From the sequence record NC_054928.1: a DNA stretch of 64,000 bases, one strand, 5' to 3'. Within the stretch, counting starts at the first letter, position 1; every line of letters starts with the position of its first letter. The notes under the pieces were generated by a model. The model had not been told where the DNA came from, searched no databases, and saw only the letters and a list, made by a program, of their open reading frames with translations. Made by a program: the position numbers and the translations under genes. This DNA comes from Escherichia phage vB_vPM_PD112. This document shows positions 32,045 to 42,192 of the stretch, one piece after another.

Positions 32045-32263
32045 TTATGTTTTGCGACTAAATTGTTCATAATGCTGAATTACCTCTCTTAAACATTTGC
32101 ATGTGAATGAAAACTTTTTAGCTACACCACATTCAAATATATGTTCTCTTAAATCACGTGTATCAGTATATCCCATCTCAACAATAAAATGCCGTATTAG
32201 ATTTTTATCTTTATCATTGAGAGAGTTAAAATAATCGGATTTTGAATTAATTTCCCTGGCCAA
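32045..32263 (-). CDS. hypothetical protein
   Basis: ORF track, 72 aa. Confidence 0.45.
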   Translation of the reverse strand: MAREINSKSDYFNSLNDKDKNLIRHFIVEMGYTDTRDLREHIFECGVAKKFSFTCKCLREVIQHYEQFSRKT

Positions 32264-32543
32264 ATTGAATCACCTTCAGTTGACGTTTTAACTCTTTTAT
32301 CATTTCTTCGTTCATCGCAATATAAAGATCGCGTAAAGCAGGTTTTAGCATTCCATTTACTGGAGAACTAAATGGACATACATAATCTTTTCCTACGAGC
32401 TTTTTAGTGAATTCCATATCGCAGAACTTAAATCCTGGTTCATTGGCATAAATTCCCCAATTAGTTGACATCATTTTATTAGCATATTCCAGTGCCTGGA
32501 TTTGATTCATAATTCCATCAATTTGAAACTTTTTAATATTCAT
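32247..32543 (-). CDS. hypothetical protein
   Basis: ORF track, 98 aa. Confidence 0.45.
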   Translation of the reverse strand: MNIKKFQIDGIMNQIQALEYANKMMSTNWGIYANEPGFKFCDMEFTKKLVGKDYVCPFSSPVNGMLKPALRDLYIAMNEEMIKELKRQLKVIQFGQGN

Positions 32544-33004
32544 TAGTAAAGGTCCTCAGAGTAAAGTTCTTTTTCACTACCACCGCGTTCAATACGTACT
32601 TGTCCAGCGTAAGTTGCAATAATCATTGCTTCTTCACGTGTCCAATAATTACTATATTGGTCAATAAACCCTTGATCATCATCACAAACTTGCTGAGTAA
32701 CTAATTGAGGTTTAACTACATCTAAAACTTCGGCCATGTCTTTAGAATAATGACGAGCACCCGGAATAATAAGAGTTCGTCCATCTTTTAATTTAAAACG
32801 ATTGGCTGCGCAAACAATCCGTCGTTGGTACTTTTGGTTTTCATCCCAGTATGCGGTCTGCCAACAGATTTCAGGAACTTCTTTCAGAATATCTTCTTCT
32901 GTACATTTATAACCATGTGCTTTAAATTTTTGAACAAGACTTTCTGGAGTTTCACGAGATAAAGGAACATTCAGCATTTTTAAACGATTAATAAATGGAT
33001 TCAT
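32543..33004 (-). CDS. hypothetical protein
   Basis: ORF track, 153 aa. Confidence 0.5.
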   Translation of the reverse strand: MNPFINRLKMLNVPLSRETPESLVQKFKAHGYKCTEEDILKEVPEICWQTAYWDENQKYQRRIVCAANRFKLKDGRTLIIPGARHYSKDMAEVLDVVKPQLVTQQVCDDDQGFIDQYSNYWTREEAMIIATYAGQVRIERGGSEKELYSEDLY

Positions 33005-33330
33005 TTAAACCATCCTTTAATACGTTGCCACAAAGTTTTCTGTTGCGCTTTGTTAACACCAATTGAGCGAATAACTGGTTGAGATTCCTGGAATTCTTTA
33101 TAATCAGCAAGGTAAATTTCGTAAGCTGAATCCGTAAAGGAACTTATAGCTGCCATAAAATTATTGCGAATACCTACTGGAGCATCTTTACTTTCACGAA
33201 TAATCATGTATTTACCAGTCTTAATCTTTACGATAGTTCCAAGATAAGCTCCATGGTACCAGATATCCCACCCCTCTTGAGTGGGTTCTGCACAACGACG
33301 AAGTTCATTGATAATTTCTAACTTGTTCAT
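33001..33330 (-). CDS. hypothetical protein
   Basis: ORF track, 109 aa. Confidence 0.45.
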   Translation of the reverse strand: MNKLEIINELRRCAEPTQEGWDIWYHGAYLGTIVKIKTGKYMIIRESKDAPVGIRNNFMAAISSFTDSAYEIYLADYKEFQESQPVIRSIGVNKAQQKTLWQRIKGWFK

Positions 33331-33340
33331 TATTTATTCC

Positions 33341-33976
33341 TCACAGTTCAGATGCTACGGTGATTACAGCTTCAATGTTTTCTGCCGAGCGTTTAATGTC
33401 AAGATACACATTACCGTTTTTAGCGATTTTACATGACATTCCGATGTCAGTAAATTTCTGAATATGATGTTCCATCATTTTGTATCCAAAAATTCGCATA
33501 TTTCCATTGTTGTTAATTTCAAAATTACGAATTCCGTGAGTGCGTTTTTCTAAAATAGCGAGATAGTTACTGCGATAAGTTTCAACCTTTTTAAGAACAA
33601 ATCCATTTTCATCTAAAAGTTTTAACATGAAGTCTTTATCTTCTTCCATATCAGAAGTAATCTCGCGAGCTTTACGAGTTGCTCGTTTTTTCAGCAGTTC
33701 CGGAGCATTTTCCTGTGCGTATAAAGTTGCTGCATTTGAAATAATATCCTGAGCTTCACCCGTAATGATTAATCCATCACCAGATTTCTCCACCAGGCCT
33801 TTTTTAATCAATACCCCAATATTACTATTAACTACTGCATTACCTAAATCTGGATGCACCTCACGAACTTCTGCAGCTGTAATGAAATCTTTCTTAGCAA
33901 TGGTAATTAAAATCGCAGCAGTTTTTTCATTCAGAATATCGTTAGAAGCTTTGATGATGTAAGTTACTTTAGACAT
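33341..33976 (-). CDS. motA: middle-promoter transcription activator MotA
   Basis: 211 aa; matches recalled T4 MotA. Confidence 0.9.
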   Translation of the reverse strand: MSKVTYIIKASNDILNEKTAAILITIAKKDFITAAEVREVHPDLGNAVVNSNIGVLIKKGLVEKSGDGLIITGEAQDIISNAATLYAQENAPELLKKRATRKAREITSDMEEDKDFMLKLLDENGFVLKKVETYRSNYLAILEKRTHGIRNFEINNNGNMRIFGYKMMEHHIQKFTDIGMSCKIAKNGNVYLDIKRSAENIEAVITVASEL

Positions 33977-34015
33977 TTTCTAATCTCCGTAATTCTGTAT
34001 CAGTAGTTGATAGTT

Positions 34016-34048
34016 GTATAGTACCACAGTATGCTTTGGTTGTAAACC
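34016..34048 (-). promoter_or_regulatory. T4 early-type promoter for motA
   Basis: gtaaac 34042-34047 and atagta 34018-34023 on plus strand. Confidence 0.5.
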
Positions 34049-34069
34049 GTTTTGTGAAAAAATTTTAAA

Positions 34070-34098
34070 ATAAAAAAAGGGAGAGCTTCGGCTCTCCC
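34070..34098 (-). terminator. Rho-independent terminator (20-nt hairpin with UUCG-type loop, U7 tail)
   Basis: gggagagcttcggctctccc 34079-34098 with A-run 34072-34078 on plus strand. Confidence 0.6.
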
Positions 34099-34243
34099 TA
34101 AAATTACTGCATGACTGTGATAACTGTCATGATAACGCGTTGAATTCCGAACGCAAGAAGACCTCCTGCTACGGCTGGAACAACACCTAAACCCGCCAGT
34201 AAAATGCCGCCAGATACTAACGCCGCGCTTGTAATACCAATGA
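34094..34243 (-). CDS. small hydrophobic peptide, 49 aa (not in ORF track)
   Basis: Own translation MSPFIGITSAALVSGGILLAGLGVVPAVAGG...; GAGGAAA SD before ATG. Confidence 0.45.
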
Positions 34244-34249
34244 ATGGAC

Positions 34250-35578
34250 TCATTTGATTTCCTCTAAATCTTTGGTGTATTCGGTAACTACATCAGTAGT
34301 TTTCCAATATTCGTTTTCTTCTTTTTTAGCTTTAGCTTCTTCAGCAAGTTTCTTCGCTTCATCGGAAGTCATATGAAAAATATTCATTCCAACTAGTTTA
34401 TCAACATAAGAAGAATACATATCGATTTTCGAAAGTTCTTCGGTCAGTTCTTTACGAGTTTTACCTTGTACAACAATTTCACCTGAAATTACTTTCTTAA
34501 TGAAATGTGCCTTGGCAAAGGCTAAACGAAAAGCTGATTCAGTTTCTTTAATTTTGTTATCAATTCGTTTTTGAACATAAGTTTTACGAACTTCAACAAA
34601 GTCTTTAATTAAATCAACTACGTTATCGTAAACTTGCAGCTTTCCTTTCTCATTAATGACTGTAATATTCTGAGAACGACGCTCAATCAATCCAAAGTCT
34701 TTCATAATTTTTGCATGGCGTTCTTCTTCGTTATCGCTCAAAGAATATTCTTTACGGAATTTAACTTTAAAGCCAAAACCATGCTCACCGCAAGCATCAT
34801 CCCATGTAATGAAGCCTTTATCTTCAAGCGGGTCTAAGATTTTACTCACATAAGTTTCACGATCATACTTATACGGAATCTCAGTGATATTCATTTGAGT
34901 TCGTGAAGTAAACTTGTACGTTCCACGAATTTCATATTGACCGTCAATTTCAACGACTTCACCGCGAAATTCTGGGAATTCTACCTTCGGTTTAGTTACT
35001 TTCTTTCCTTGAAGAGCTTGTAGTACAGCTTTCTTGACAGAAGAAACACTATGAGGAAGAATGTAAGTTGCATAACCAGTTGCAATACCGGAAACACCGT
35101 TAAGAAGAACAGTAGGAATAATAGGCAAATAGAAAGCAGGCGGAATGTGTTCTTTATCTTGATGTACCGGAGCATATTCAGTATCTTTATATACGCTATA
35201 GAAATTTTTACTTACACGAGCAAAAATATAACGACTTGCTGCTGCTTTTTGAACGGTACGAGAACCAAAGTTTCCTTGACCATCTAACAAAGGAAAGTTA
35301 TTATTCCAAGTGTTAGCCATCAAAGCCCCCGCATCTTGTGCGGAGTTTTCACCATGATGATATCCAAGGTCAGCTACACCACCTGCAATAGAAGCGAGTT
35401 TGTGAAACTTATCTTTATTTCCTCGCGCCAAATCAAGAGCTCGAGCAATAACAAATCGTTGAACTGGCTTAAATCCATCAATCATATTTGGAATAGCACG
35501 ATTTTCAACCGTGTACATAGCATAAGCCAGTGCTTCATTATCAATGATACTTTTTAAATCGCGATTATTCAGTTGCAT
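34250..35578 (-). CDS. 52: DNA topoisomerase II medium subunit gp52
   Basis: 442 aa, GyrA-like N-terminal domain; T4 gp52 size. Confidence 0.93.
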   Translation of the reverse strand: MQLNNRDLKSIIDNEALAYAMYTVENRAIPNMIDGFKPVQRFVIARALDLARGNKDKFHKLASIAGGVADLGYHHGENSAQDAGALMANTWNNNFPLLDGQGNFGSRTVQKAAASRYIFARVSKNFYSVYKDTEYAPVHQDKEHIPPAFYLPIIPTVLLNGVSGIATGYATYILPHSVSSVKKAVLQALQGKKVTKPKVEFPEFRGEVVEIDGQYEIRGTYKFTSRTQMNITEIPYKYDRETYVSKILDPLEDKGFITWDDACGEHGFGFKVKFRKEYSLSDNEEERHAKIMKDFGLIERRSQNITVINEKGKLQVYDNVVDLIKDFVEVRKTYVQKRIDNKIKETESAFRLAFAKAHFIKKVISGEIVVQGKTRKELTEELSKIDMYSSYVDKLVGMNIFHMTSDEAKKLAEEAKAKKEENEYWKTTDVVTEYTKDLEEIK

Positions 35579-35582
35579 AAAT

Positions 35583-35723
35583 TTACCATACTAGTGAATG
35601 TAGTGCCATAATAACATCAGAAATGAAAAGCACGACTTGAATTAATCCGAACATTACTCCATAATATAGTGCTACCAGTAAAGCAGCAAGGGCTACTGAG
35701 TAGCCCAAGATTTTCTTAATCAT
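35583..35723 (-). CDS. small membrane peptide, 46 aa (52.1 position)
   Basis: Own translation MIKKILGYSVALAALLVALYYGVMFGLIQ...; not in ORF track. Confidence 0.4.
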   Translation of the reverse strand: MIKKILGYSVALAALLVALYYGVMFGLIQVVLFISDVIMALHSLVW

Positions 35724-35871
35724 TAGATAACAACGCAAATGTTAAACATGCACACATACCCTGAGCTAAAGCTTGCGAAAACACGCTGCTGACATCAATA
35801 CAGATAGTTAAAACACATGCTACTATCCAACAAATAAATGAAATAACTCCTAATAATTTTGCAATATTCAT
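35716..35871 (-). CDS. ac: small membrane protein, 51 aa; position and size of T4 ac (acridine sensitivity)
   Basis: Own translation MNIAKLLGVISFICWIVACVLTICIDV...; GAGGAAAATA SD. Confidence 0.55.
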   Translation of the reverse strand: MNIAKLLGVISFICWIVACVLTICIDVSSVFSQALAQGMCACLTFALLSND

Positions 35872-35878
35872 ATTTTCC

Positions 35879-35959
35879 TCACTGGCGTCCGAAGACGCCT
35901 TTAGTTTTAAGATTGTTACGATAGAACTGCATTACGTGTTCGTTATGGAAATTACTCAT
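35879..35959 (-). CDS. stp: Stp peptide (26 aa; activator of PrrC anticodon nuclease)
   Basis: Own translation [26 protein letters not shown] matches recalled T4 Stp. Confidence 0.85.
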
Positions 35960-36414
35960 TAATATGCCTGCAAAACAAATTTAAAGTTATCAGCCAACAT
36001 ACGGTTCATTTCTTCAAGTGTTTGATACTCAGAATGATGATTACGAGTAAACGCCAAAGCTAACTGACCTTTTCCAAATCCTGTCGTCAAAGGTTTCATC
36101 TTAGAAGCAGGTAGATAAAATACCGTGTATGGAACATTGTTATTTGCAATAGTACGCGCAAGCTGAGACCGACGCTGACGAATATGACTTAGAACTGCAC
36201 TGAATCCTTGCTTAGAACGCTGATTACCTACATAAAATCGTGCAGATACACACGGACTATCAAATGGACCACCAAATTTGCTCACTAAAAAGTAAAATCC
36301 AGGGTTAGACAAAATGTCTTTATGCGGAGTTCCAAAAACCCATTCACCACCCTTGATTGTACCAATAACAGTAGCGCCTGCATTATTCAGATCAGTAACA
36401 GTCATGTATTTCAT
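35959..36414 (-). CDS. ndd: nucleoid disruption protein Ndd
   Basis: 151 aa; near-identical to recalled T4 Ndd. Confidence 0.9.
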
Positions 36415-36473
36415 ATTAATTTCCTCTAATTATTTTCTACTCCAAGGCCGCATGAATACACACGGCCATTAAA

Positions 36474-36689
36474 TTAATCGTCGCAGTCGACGCTCAATTC
36501 CCAAAACTCTTCTACAGTATAAGTTTCAGTATCATTTTCAATACAGAAACGTTCATTACTGTTATTTGCTAAAGTAGCGTTAACTGTCGGTTTCTCGCTA
36601 GTGCTCTTAAGAGGTGAAATACGAATTAACTGATCACCACTATCTAAACAGAAAATTTCACCAACTTTTACATCTTTAAAAATTTTCAT
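36474..36689 (-). CDS. hypothetical protein
   Basis: ORF track, 71 aa. Confidence 0.45.
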   Translation of the reverse strand: MKIFKDVKVGEIFCLDSGDQLIRISPLKSTSEKPTVNATLANNSNERFCIENDTETYTVEEFWELSVDCDD

Positions 36690-36804
36690 AATTCACCTCA
36701 GGGAGTATAAAATCCGAATGCAGTTGTTGACCATCCCATCCAATATGGGAAATTTGCGCCAATGTAAAACATGAGAATATAAAACCAACCGCTCAGCAAA
36801 TTCA

Positions 36805-37002
36805 TCATTTTACGCCATTCCAAATTGTTTCAACCACGGATTTTAAACCATTTTGATGAATATCAATTCCGACTACTGTCATCAAATAGATTCCAACTAC
36901 AACTGAACCTAAGGCAAAAATCAGCATGAAAATGAATAAAGCCGGAAAAATATTATCGAAAAACCATTCAATAAATGTAAAAGCACTGCGTTTACGCTTC
37001 AT
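36805..37002 (-). CDS. hypothetical membrane protein
   Basis: ORF track trimmed to ATG at 37002 with GAGGAAAAT SD; two hydrophobic segments. Confidence 0.45.
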   Translation of the reverse strand: MKRKRSAFTFIEWFFDNIFPALFIFMLIFALGSVVVGIYLMTVVGIDIHQNGLKSVVETIWNGVK

Positions 37003-37009
37003 ATTTTCC

Positions 37010-37123
37010 TCACATAAATCCAAAGTAAGCGTTTAATACATCAATCATTAAAACGATTGGGAATATACTCAAAACTATTAGTATTATAACTACATTCCAT
37101 ATAGCTTTAACAATCTTTTTCAT
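37010..37123 (-). CDS. tiny hydrophobic peptide, 37 aa
   Basis: Own translation MKKIVKAIWNVVIILIVLSIFPIVLMIDVLNAYFGFM; GGAGG SD. Confidence 0.4.
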   Translation of the reverse strand: MKKIVKAIWNVVIILIVLSIFPIVLMIDVLNAYFGFM

Positions 37124-37189
37124 TTTCTGTTCCTCCGTAGTTGATAGGGTAATAGTACCACGGAAGAACAGTCTTGTAAACAACTTTTT

Positions 37190-37288
37190 TTAAAAATATT
37201 CGTAATAAATGTGAATACCAACTACTACCGCTGAAACCTGTGCAACCCACCACGCACAAGCAATAAGTACAGAATTCAAAATTTTCAT
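37190..37288 (-). CDS. tiny hydrophobic peptide, 32 aa
   Basis: Own translation MKILNSVLIACAWWVAQVSAVVVGIHIYYEYF. Confidence 0.35.
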   Translation of the reverse strand: MKILNSVLIACAWWVAQVSAVVVGIHIYYEYF

Positions 37289-37374
37289 AATAACCTCATC
37301 ACAAAAGTAAATGTTAAACAAATTACTGGAATACTAATTAACCAAACAAAACACCACCACCACAGTGAACTCAT
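37285..37374 (-). CDS. tiny hydrophobic peptide, 29 aa
   Basis: Own translation MSSLWWWCFVWLISIPVICLTFTFVMRLL; stop overlaps next ATG. Confidence 0.35.
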   Translation of the reverse strand: MSSLWWWCFVWLISIPVICLTFTFVMRLL

Positions 37375-37634
37375 AGTTCAATCTCAACGATTTCCAGGTG
37401 TTTTTGTTTTATTGCCTTTTTAACACAATCATGGACTAAATATGACCATGAATCATTATATTCTCCATTAACTAATCGTTGGAGATCTTCACGTGATGAT
37501 AAGTAAGGTTGATCTGATTCCCATTTTGATAAAAATACTGCAGTAAAAATATCTCCTTCACCTGTAGTTGAAGTCGTAAATGCAATAAATTCACCGGTAA
37601 TTTTATGTTTAGCGTAATAAAATTTAAATTTCAT
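37371..37634 (-). CDS. hypothetical protein
   Basis: ORF track trimmed to ATG at 37634 with GGAGG SD. Confidence 0.45.
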   Translation of the reverse strand: MKFKFYYAKHKITGEFIAFTTSTTGEGDIFTAVFLSKWESDQPYLSSREDLQRLVNGEYNDSWSYLVHDCVKKAIKQKHLEIVEIEL

Positions 37635-37708
37635 TTTTACTCCTCCGTAGCTGATAGTTGTATAGTACCACAGTCCTTGTGGTATGTAAACTGTTTTGTG
37701 AAATTTTT

Positions 37709-38266
37709 TTAAATGGAAAGATACCATCCGTTGTAGTTGCTTTTTCTTACAACCTTACGAAGGTCTTCTCTGTCACCGATGAACTTCGGAGTGTACTGGA
37801 TGACACCTGGATGAATTTCTTTAGTGTTGAATATAATTATACAGTCAGCGACTTGGTGATTTAGAATGGGCCCTAGATTTATTCCAGAACCATATGGATA
37901 CTCTCCGCTGCATCCGGTTGTTACCGAAATCCAACGTGAGTCAGTTTGATGTGTCTTAACTTCTACACGAAGCCCACAGTATTTTGGATGCGCCAATACA
38001 TCCCATGCATATGTGTACGGATCATCGACATCTTCTTGACCTTTGTTAACATACCCGCTCAGCCAATCTGCTACAAAAAATTCTGCGTACACAGCGATAC
38101 GGCATCTTTCGATAACTTCTGCCTTATCTTGATTTGGGTTTTGTTTTAAAGAGTATCTTGCTGTATCAGCAATTTTGGCCTTCATTTCACTAGTCAAGTC
38201 ACTGTTCGATAGGGTAAATGTCGGAATCTGAAACAGTCTCTGTAACCCAGGATTCGTTTTCTGCAT
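37709..38266 (-). CDS. denB: endonuclease IV
   Basis: 185 aa; size and position of T4 denB between ndd block and rIIB; start may be downstream of track start. Confidence 0.75.
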   Translation of the reverse strand: MQKTNPGLQRLFQIPTFTLSNSDLTSEMKAKIADTARYSLKQNPNQDKAEVIERCRIAVYAEFFVADWLSGYVNKGQEDVDDPYTYAWDVLAHPKYCGLRVEVKTHQTDSRWISVTTGCSGEYPYGSGINLGPILNHQVADCIIIFNTKEIHPGVIQYTPKFIGDREDLRKVVRKSNYNGWYLSI

Positions 38267-38528
38267 TTAGACTTTCCTTTTTACCACTGAGATAAGCGTT
38301 ATATACTTTAAGAGTGCCGTAATAAATTCGGTCATTTTCATCTAAAGACTCGCGGTCAAGTTCATCGAGCTCCTTTTTATCCATGACTATAACATCATTA
38401 CAGTAAAGAAACCCAAGTTTTTCGTGACCAAACTCAAATTTATTACAGTACACAATATTAGCGTGATGATTTCCGTGCAGTTTAATCTCTTTTATGTCGG
38501 AATCACCGATATTCATACAATAAATCAT
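38199..38528 (-). CDS. hypothetical protein
   Basis: ORF track, 109 aa. Confidence 0.45.
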   Translation of the reverse strand: MIYCMNIGDSDIKEIKLHGNHHANIVYCNKFEFGHEKLGFLYCNDVIVMDKKELDELDRESLDENDRIYYGTLKVYNAYLSGKKESLNAENESWVTETVSDSDIYPIEQ

Positions 38529-38537
38529 AATTTTTCC

Positions 38538-38560
38538 TTAAAACAAAAGGGCCGAAGCCC
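38538..38560 (-). terminator. UUCG-loop hairpin with U-rich tail
   Basis: gggccgaagccc 38549-38560; minus strand followed by UUUUGUUUU. Confidence 0.5.
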
Positions 38561-38566
38561 TTTATT

Positions 38567-38761
38567 TTACTTGAATTGTGCAATTCTTTTCTCTAGACAT
38601 TCAGCATAAGATTTCATTGAGATAAACTGCGAAAGTAGCAGTTCTTGCTCAACTGCGCTAACTGTTAGAAACTTTGCGCTTTCTAAAAATTTGCTCAGTG
38701 CATTAATTTTGAGCATTAATTGATCGTATTCTTCTTTTACTCGTGCTTGATAACCTAACAT
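38567..38761 (-). CDS. hypothetical protein
   Basis: ORF track, 64 aa. Confidence 0.45.
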   Translation of the reverse strand: MLGYQARVKEEYDQLMLKINALSKFLESAKFLTVSAVEQELLLSQFISMKSYAECLEKRIAQFK

Positions 38762-38793
38762 AATTTTCCTTAATGTAATAAGGGCCGAAGCCT

Positions 38794-39732
38794 TTATTTG
38801 AATTGTTCAGTAACGTCTTCAACTACTTCGTATTGGCAGGTACGCATTTTAGCATCGTTGTAATCAATCGGAATTGATACTACATCACGCGGATGTACTT
38901 TAACTTTTACAACTCGGCTGGTTGAACTGCCAAAGTGACGAATATAAGATTTAGAACACACATGCAGACCATGAGAACAAGTTTGTGTATCATCGTCATT
39001 CACACGAGTACGTGGCATTTTAACTACTTTACCCGGACTGTTATCAAAGGTGTTTGAGTGACAGTCAAAGTAATTGCTACGAACTACTTTCCAAGCATAG
39101 AAGTAACCATCTTCTGTAATTTCAATATCGTTTGCTACCAAGAAATCAAAGAGTCGAGATACCGCTTTTTGGCTTGGGTTTTCCAACAGATTTTCCAGGA
39201 ACGGAAAATAAAATTCAAAGTTTTCGCCTTTTTCCATCGAATCGAGAATACGATCAACTAAACCAGACCGCAATTCAATGTTTTGATAGAACAAGCTTCC
39301 ACCTTCAATTCGAACATCGCCGGAAATATATTTTTCAACAGCGCGACGAACATTAATTTTTTGTGCCGCTTCTTCCAACTTATCCGCTACAAGCAGATTA
39401 AGAATTTCCTGGAAGTTTGAATGAGTATTAGGAGTTGCGTTATAAGTTACACCGTCAACAGTAATTGAAATGAATTTTTTAGATGCATTCCAAATAATGT
39501 CAGATTTAGCAACTGGAGCAATAGCTACATCGCTCTTAACTTCAACTGTAATGTCACCGCTAATGGTAACTTTAGAGCGTTCAGCTTCTTCAGCATTTTT
39601 CAAAACACGACGGATTGTGTCAACCGATACACCTTGCCAATCAGCCAATTCCTGTTGGGTATAATTACCGCTTGAATACAGTTTGACAATTTCAGCTTGT
39701 TCGTTTTTGGTCAGGCATTTAATATTGTACAT
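38794..39732 (-). CDS. rIIB: rIIB rapid-lysis protein
   Basis: 312 aa; T4 rIIB size; classic junction UAAUAAGGAAAAUUAUG with rIIA. Confidence 0.93.
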   Translation of the reverse strand: MYNIKCLTKNEQAEIVKLYSSGNYTQQELADWQGVSVDTIRRVLKNAEEAERSKVTISGDITVEVKSDVAIAPVAKSDIIWNASKKFISITVDGVTYNATPNTHSNFQEILNLLVADKLEEAAQKINVRRAVEKYISGDVRIEGGSLFYQNIELRSGLVDRILDSMEKGENFEFYFPFLENLLENPSQKAVSRLFDFLVANDIEITEDGYFYAWKVVRSNYFDCHSNTFDNSPGKVVKMPRTRVNDDDTQTCSHGLHVCSKSYIRHFGSSTSRVVKVKVHPRDVVSIPIDYNDAKMRTCQYEVVEDVTEQFK

Positions 39733-39743
39733 AATTTTCCTTA

Positions 39744-41921
39744 TTAGGCCGCAAGGGCCTTCATAGTTTTAGCGATTTGGGAAACTTCATCATCACTTAA
39801 AGAGTTGCGATATCCGATGAAGTCGGAAACAATACGGAATTTCTTGGTAAACTCAGCAACCATTTTATCACTGTTTTTTGAAGCATTATTTGATAATACA
39901 TCAAAAAGATTAGTTACTGTCCAGATGTCATGACCGATGGTATCTCTTCCACCGTTGAAATATACACCCTGTAATGAACTAACCATATTAGCAAGTCGTG
40001 TATATTCTTCAGAAACTTCATCTACACTGAAGTACTTCATCATAAAATCTAGTTCAGGATACTTAATAATTTTATCAATATATCGTTTAGCTGAACTTGA
40101 ATAACCTACATACTTATCATAATCTACAGCATCAAAAGCATCTACATATAAATCACGCAGAGTTTCAAAAATACATTGGCACTGACCAAGTTCTTTTACC
40201 TTTTTCTGCAAAAGCGGACGAATAACATAAAATTCATTAATGCCAATAAGATTCGCCATACGAGTCAAAATATTCGTAGATGGATGACAAAGCGATGTAG
40301 TACCATCCATAGAGAAAATATCAGAACGATGCATGTATGCTACATAACCAGTAATTTCATCTGCTTCTGATGTGAGCGTAAACAGTTCCTCTTTTTCCCA
40401 ACGCCCGTCTTTAATTTCAAACTTAAATGCAGTAGCAGTTTTAGGACGAGGAGCTGTACTTTTTACTGCCTTTGGAATATAACTTTTAACTAAAGCTTCA
40501 ATTTCTGACAAATAATGAATGTTAACTTCATCACTTTCAAACATTGCCATAATATCAGGGAGTAAATCAATCTGCGATTCTACTTCCGGATTAATAAACA
40601 GAAGACGCTCATTGTGATGAATATTCAAAGTGTTATTAAATTCACTATCATCTAATGCACGTGCTAATCCACGGACAATATTAACACGATTTTTAATATT
40701 ATCAATAACGATATTAATTTTTGTTGTGTTAATACCAAACAGACGATAACTTGATGCAACGGCTGAAGTTTCATGGCTTTGCTTAATGCGTTTCAGTCGA
40801 GGGTCAAGATTTACTTCATACACAACTCCTGCATTGCATAACTTACTGTCAGGTTCAAACATGCTCTGCATCTTTTTATATGACAGATTTTTAGTCGTGA
40901 ATTTGACTGAATTACTAATCATATAATCTCGAGCAGAATACCCCATCTTCATCAATTCACGGTATGTGTGACGAGGAGATGTAGATTCTTTAAATCGTTT
41001 TACATCTTCATTAAATGCCTGCTCACTGAGCTCTTTAACTCGTTCAATAATATTTTTACGAGTACGATCATCTAGTGAAAGAGCTTCACGTGATGGAGCA
41101 ATATCAAGTGAACCCATTGGAAACTTAATGTAATTCACTTCATTACGAATGCTTAACCAGTTACGATCTCTAATAACACCTTCGATAGGATAAACAATGC
41201 CGCCATAGATAGCATATAATCCACCACGATCTGGCCAGTATCTTTCTGGATTTACACCGTAATAGTCATCAAAATCCGGAAAATAATCAATTTCGCGATC
41301 AAGACCATTAATGATAGCCAAATCTTTAAATGGTCGCATGATATAAGAAACTTCATAAGCAAAGTTTCTAAAGTCTTTTTCTTCAACTGGAACTACGATT
41401 TCAATACCAGTTTTATCGTTTGGACCCATTTCTTTTACGAATGTAGGTTTAATCTGTGGACCATCACCATCCATGTAAGCTACATAACCACGAATTTCGC
41501 CTTTATGATATGAAGTGATACTAAACGTATCAGTATAACTAAACGGAGATTTAGAACCTAAACCAAATCCACCAATGAAATCATTAGATTCAGCCTTAGA
41601 TGAACTGAAGTATGAATTATACAACCCAGGAGAATTATCATCACCCTGAATATCAAAATCGCTCATACCCGGACCAAAATCTCGACAAACAAATCGCGGA
41701 TCTAATCGTCCTGGAACTTGAATGATAAATTTTTCAGGATTTCCATTAAGAGCATGGGCATCAATCATGTTGGTAATCAATTCACGGACTACTGCGCGAA
41801 TCTTGTTTGTATACAAATCAGATGATAGAATTTTAAATACTTTAGGAGATGCTGTGATGCTAAATGCTTTTGATTTAGAACCATTACCAAGAATTGTTTC
41901 TTTTTCAGTGGTGATAATCAT
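39744..41921 (-). CDS. rIIA: rIIA rapid-lysis protein
   Basis: 725 aa; T4 rIIA size; ATPase-like N-terminal region. Confidence 0.93.
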   Translation of the reverse strand: MIITTEKETILGNGSKSKAFSITASPKVFKILSSDLYTNKIRAVVRELITNMIDAHALNGNPEKFIIQVPGRLDPRFVCRDFGPGMSDFDIQGDDNSPGLYNSYFSSSKAESNDFIGGFGLGSKSPFSYTDTFSITSYHKGEIRGYVAYMDGDGPQIKPTFVKEMGPNDKTGIEIVVPVEEKDFRNFAYEVSYIMRPFKDLAIINGLDREIDYFPDFDDYYGVNPERYWPDRGGLYAIYGGIVYPIEGVIRDRNWLSIRNEVNYIKFPMGSLDIAPSREALSLDDRTRKNIIERVKELSEQAFNEDVKRFKESTSPRHTYRELMKMGYSARDYMISNSVKFTTKNLSYKKMQSMFEPDSKLCNAGVVYEVNLDPRLKRIKQSHETSAVASSYRLFGINTTKINIVIDNIKNRVNIVRGLARALDDSEFNNTLNIHHNERLLFINPEVESQIDLLPDIMAMFESDEVNIHYLSEIEALVKSYIPKAVKSTAPRPKTATAFKFEIKDGRWEKEELFTLTSEADEITGYVAYMHRSDIFSMDGTTSLCHPSTNILTRMANLIGINEFYVIRPLLQKKVKELGQCQCIFETLRDLYVDAFDAVDYDKYVGYSSSAKRYIDKIIKYPELDFMMKYFSVDEVSEEYTRLANMVSSLQGVYFNGGRDTIGHDIWTVTNLFDVLSNNASKNSDKMVAEFTKKFRIVSDFIGYRNSLSDDEVSQIAKTMKALAA

Positions 41922-41931
41922 AATTTCCTCA

Positions 41932-42135
41932 TTAATTCATATTGCGTTTAATAACTTCAACAACTTCTAGTAGTTCATCTTTAGTTGCGGTGTCGGATTG
42001 AATTTTATCTCTAATATCCTTAAAGCGGTTTTTAAACTCTTCAGCTTCTCCCATATCGAAAAAGCGTTGAATGATTCTATATTCTCGATGAACTGCTTTA
42101 TCAAAAAGTTCTAAATTTACTTTGTATGATTTCAT
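41932..42135 (-). CDS. hypothetical protein (rIIA.1 position)
   Basis: ORF track, 67 aa. Confidence 0.5.
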   Translation of the reverse strand: MKSYKVNLELFDKAVHREYRIIQRFFDMGEAEEFKNRFKDIRDKIQSDTATKDELLEVVEVIKRNMN

Positions 42136-42158
42136 TTCAATATCCTCATTTGCTCAAT

Positions 42159-42191
42159 TAATTATACCACATCCTTGTGGTAAAGTAAACT
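42159..42191 (-). promoter_or_regulatory. T4 early-type promoter
   Basis: gtaaac 42185-42190 and attata 42161-42166 on plus strand. Confidence 0.5.
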
Positions 42192-42192
42192 A

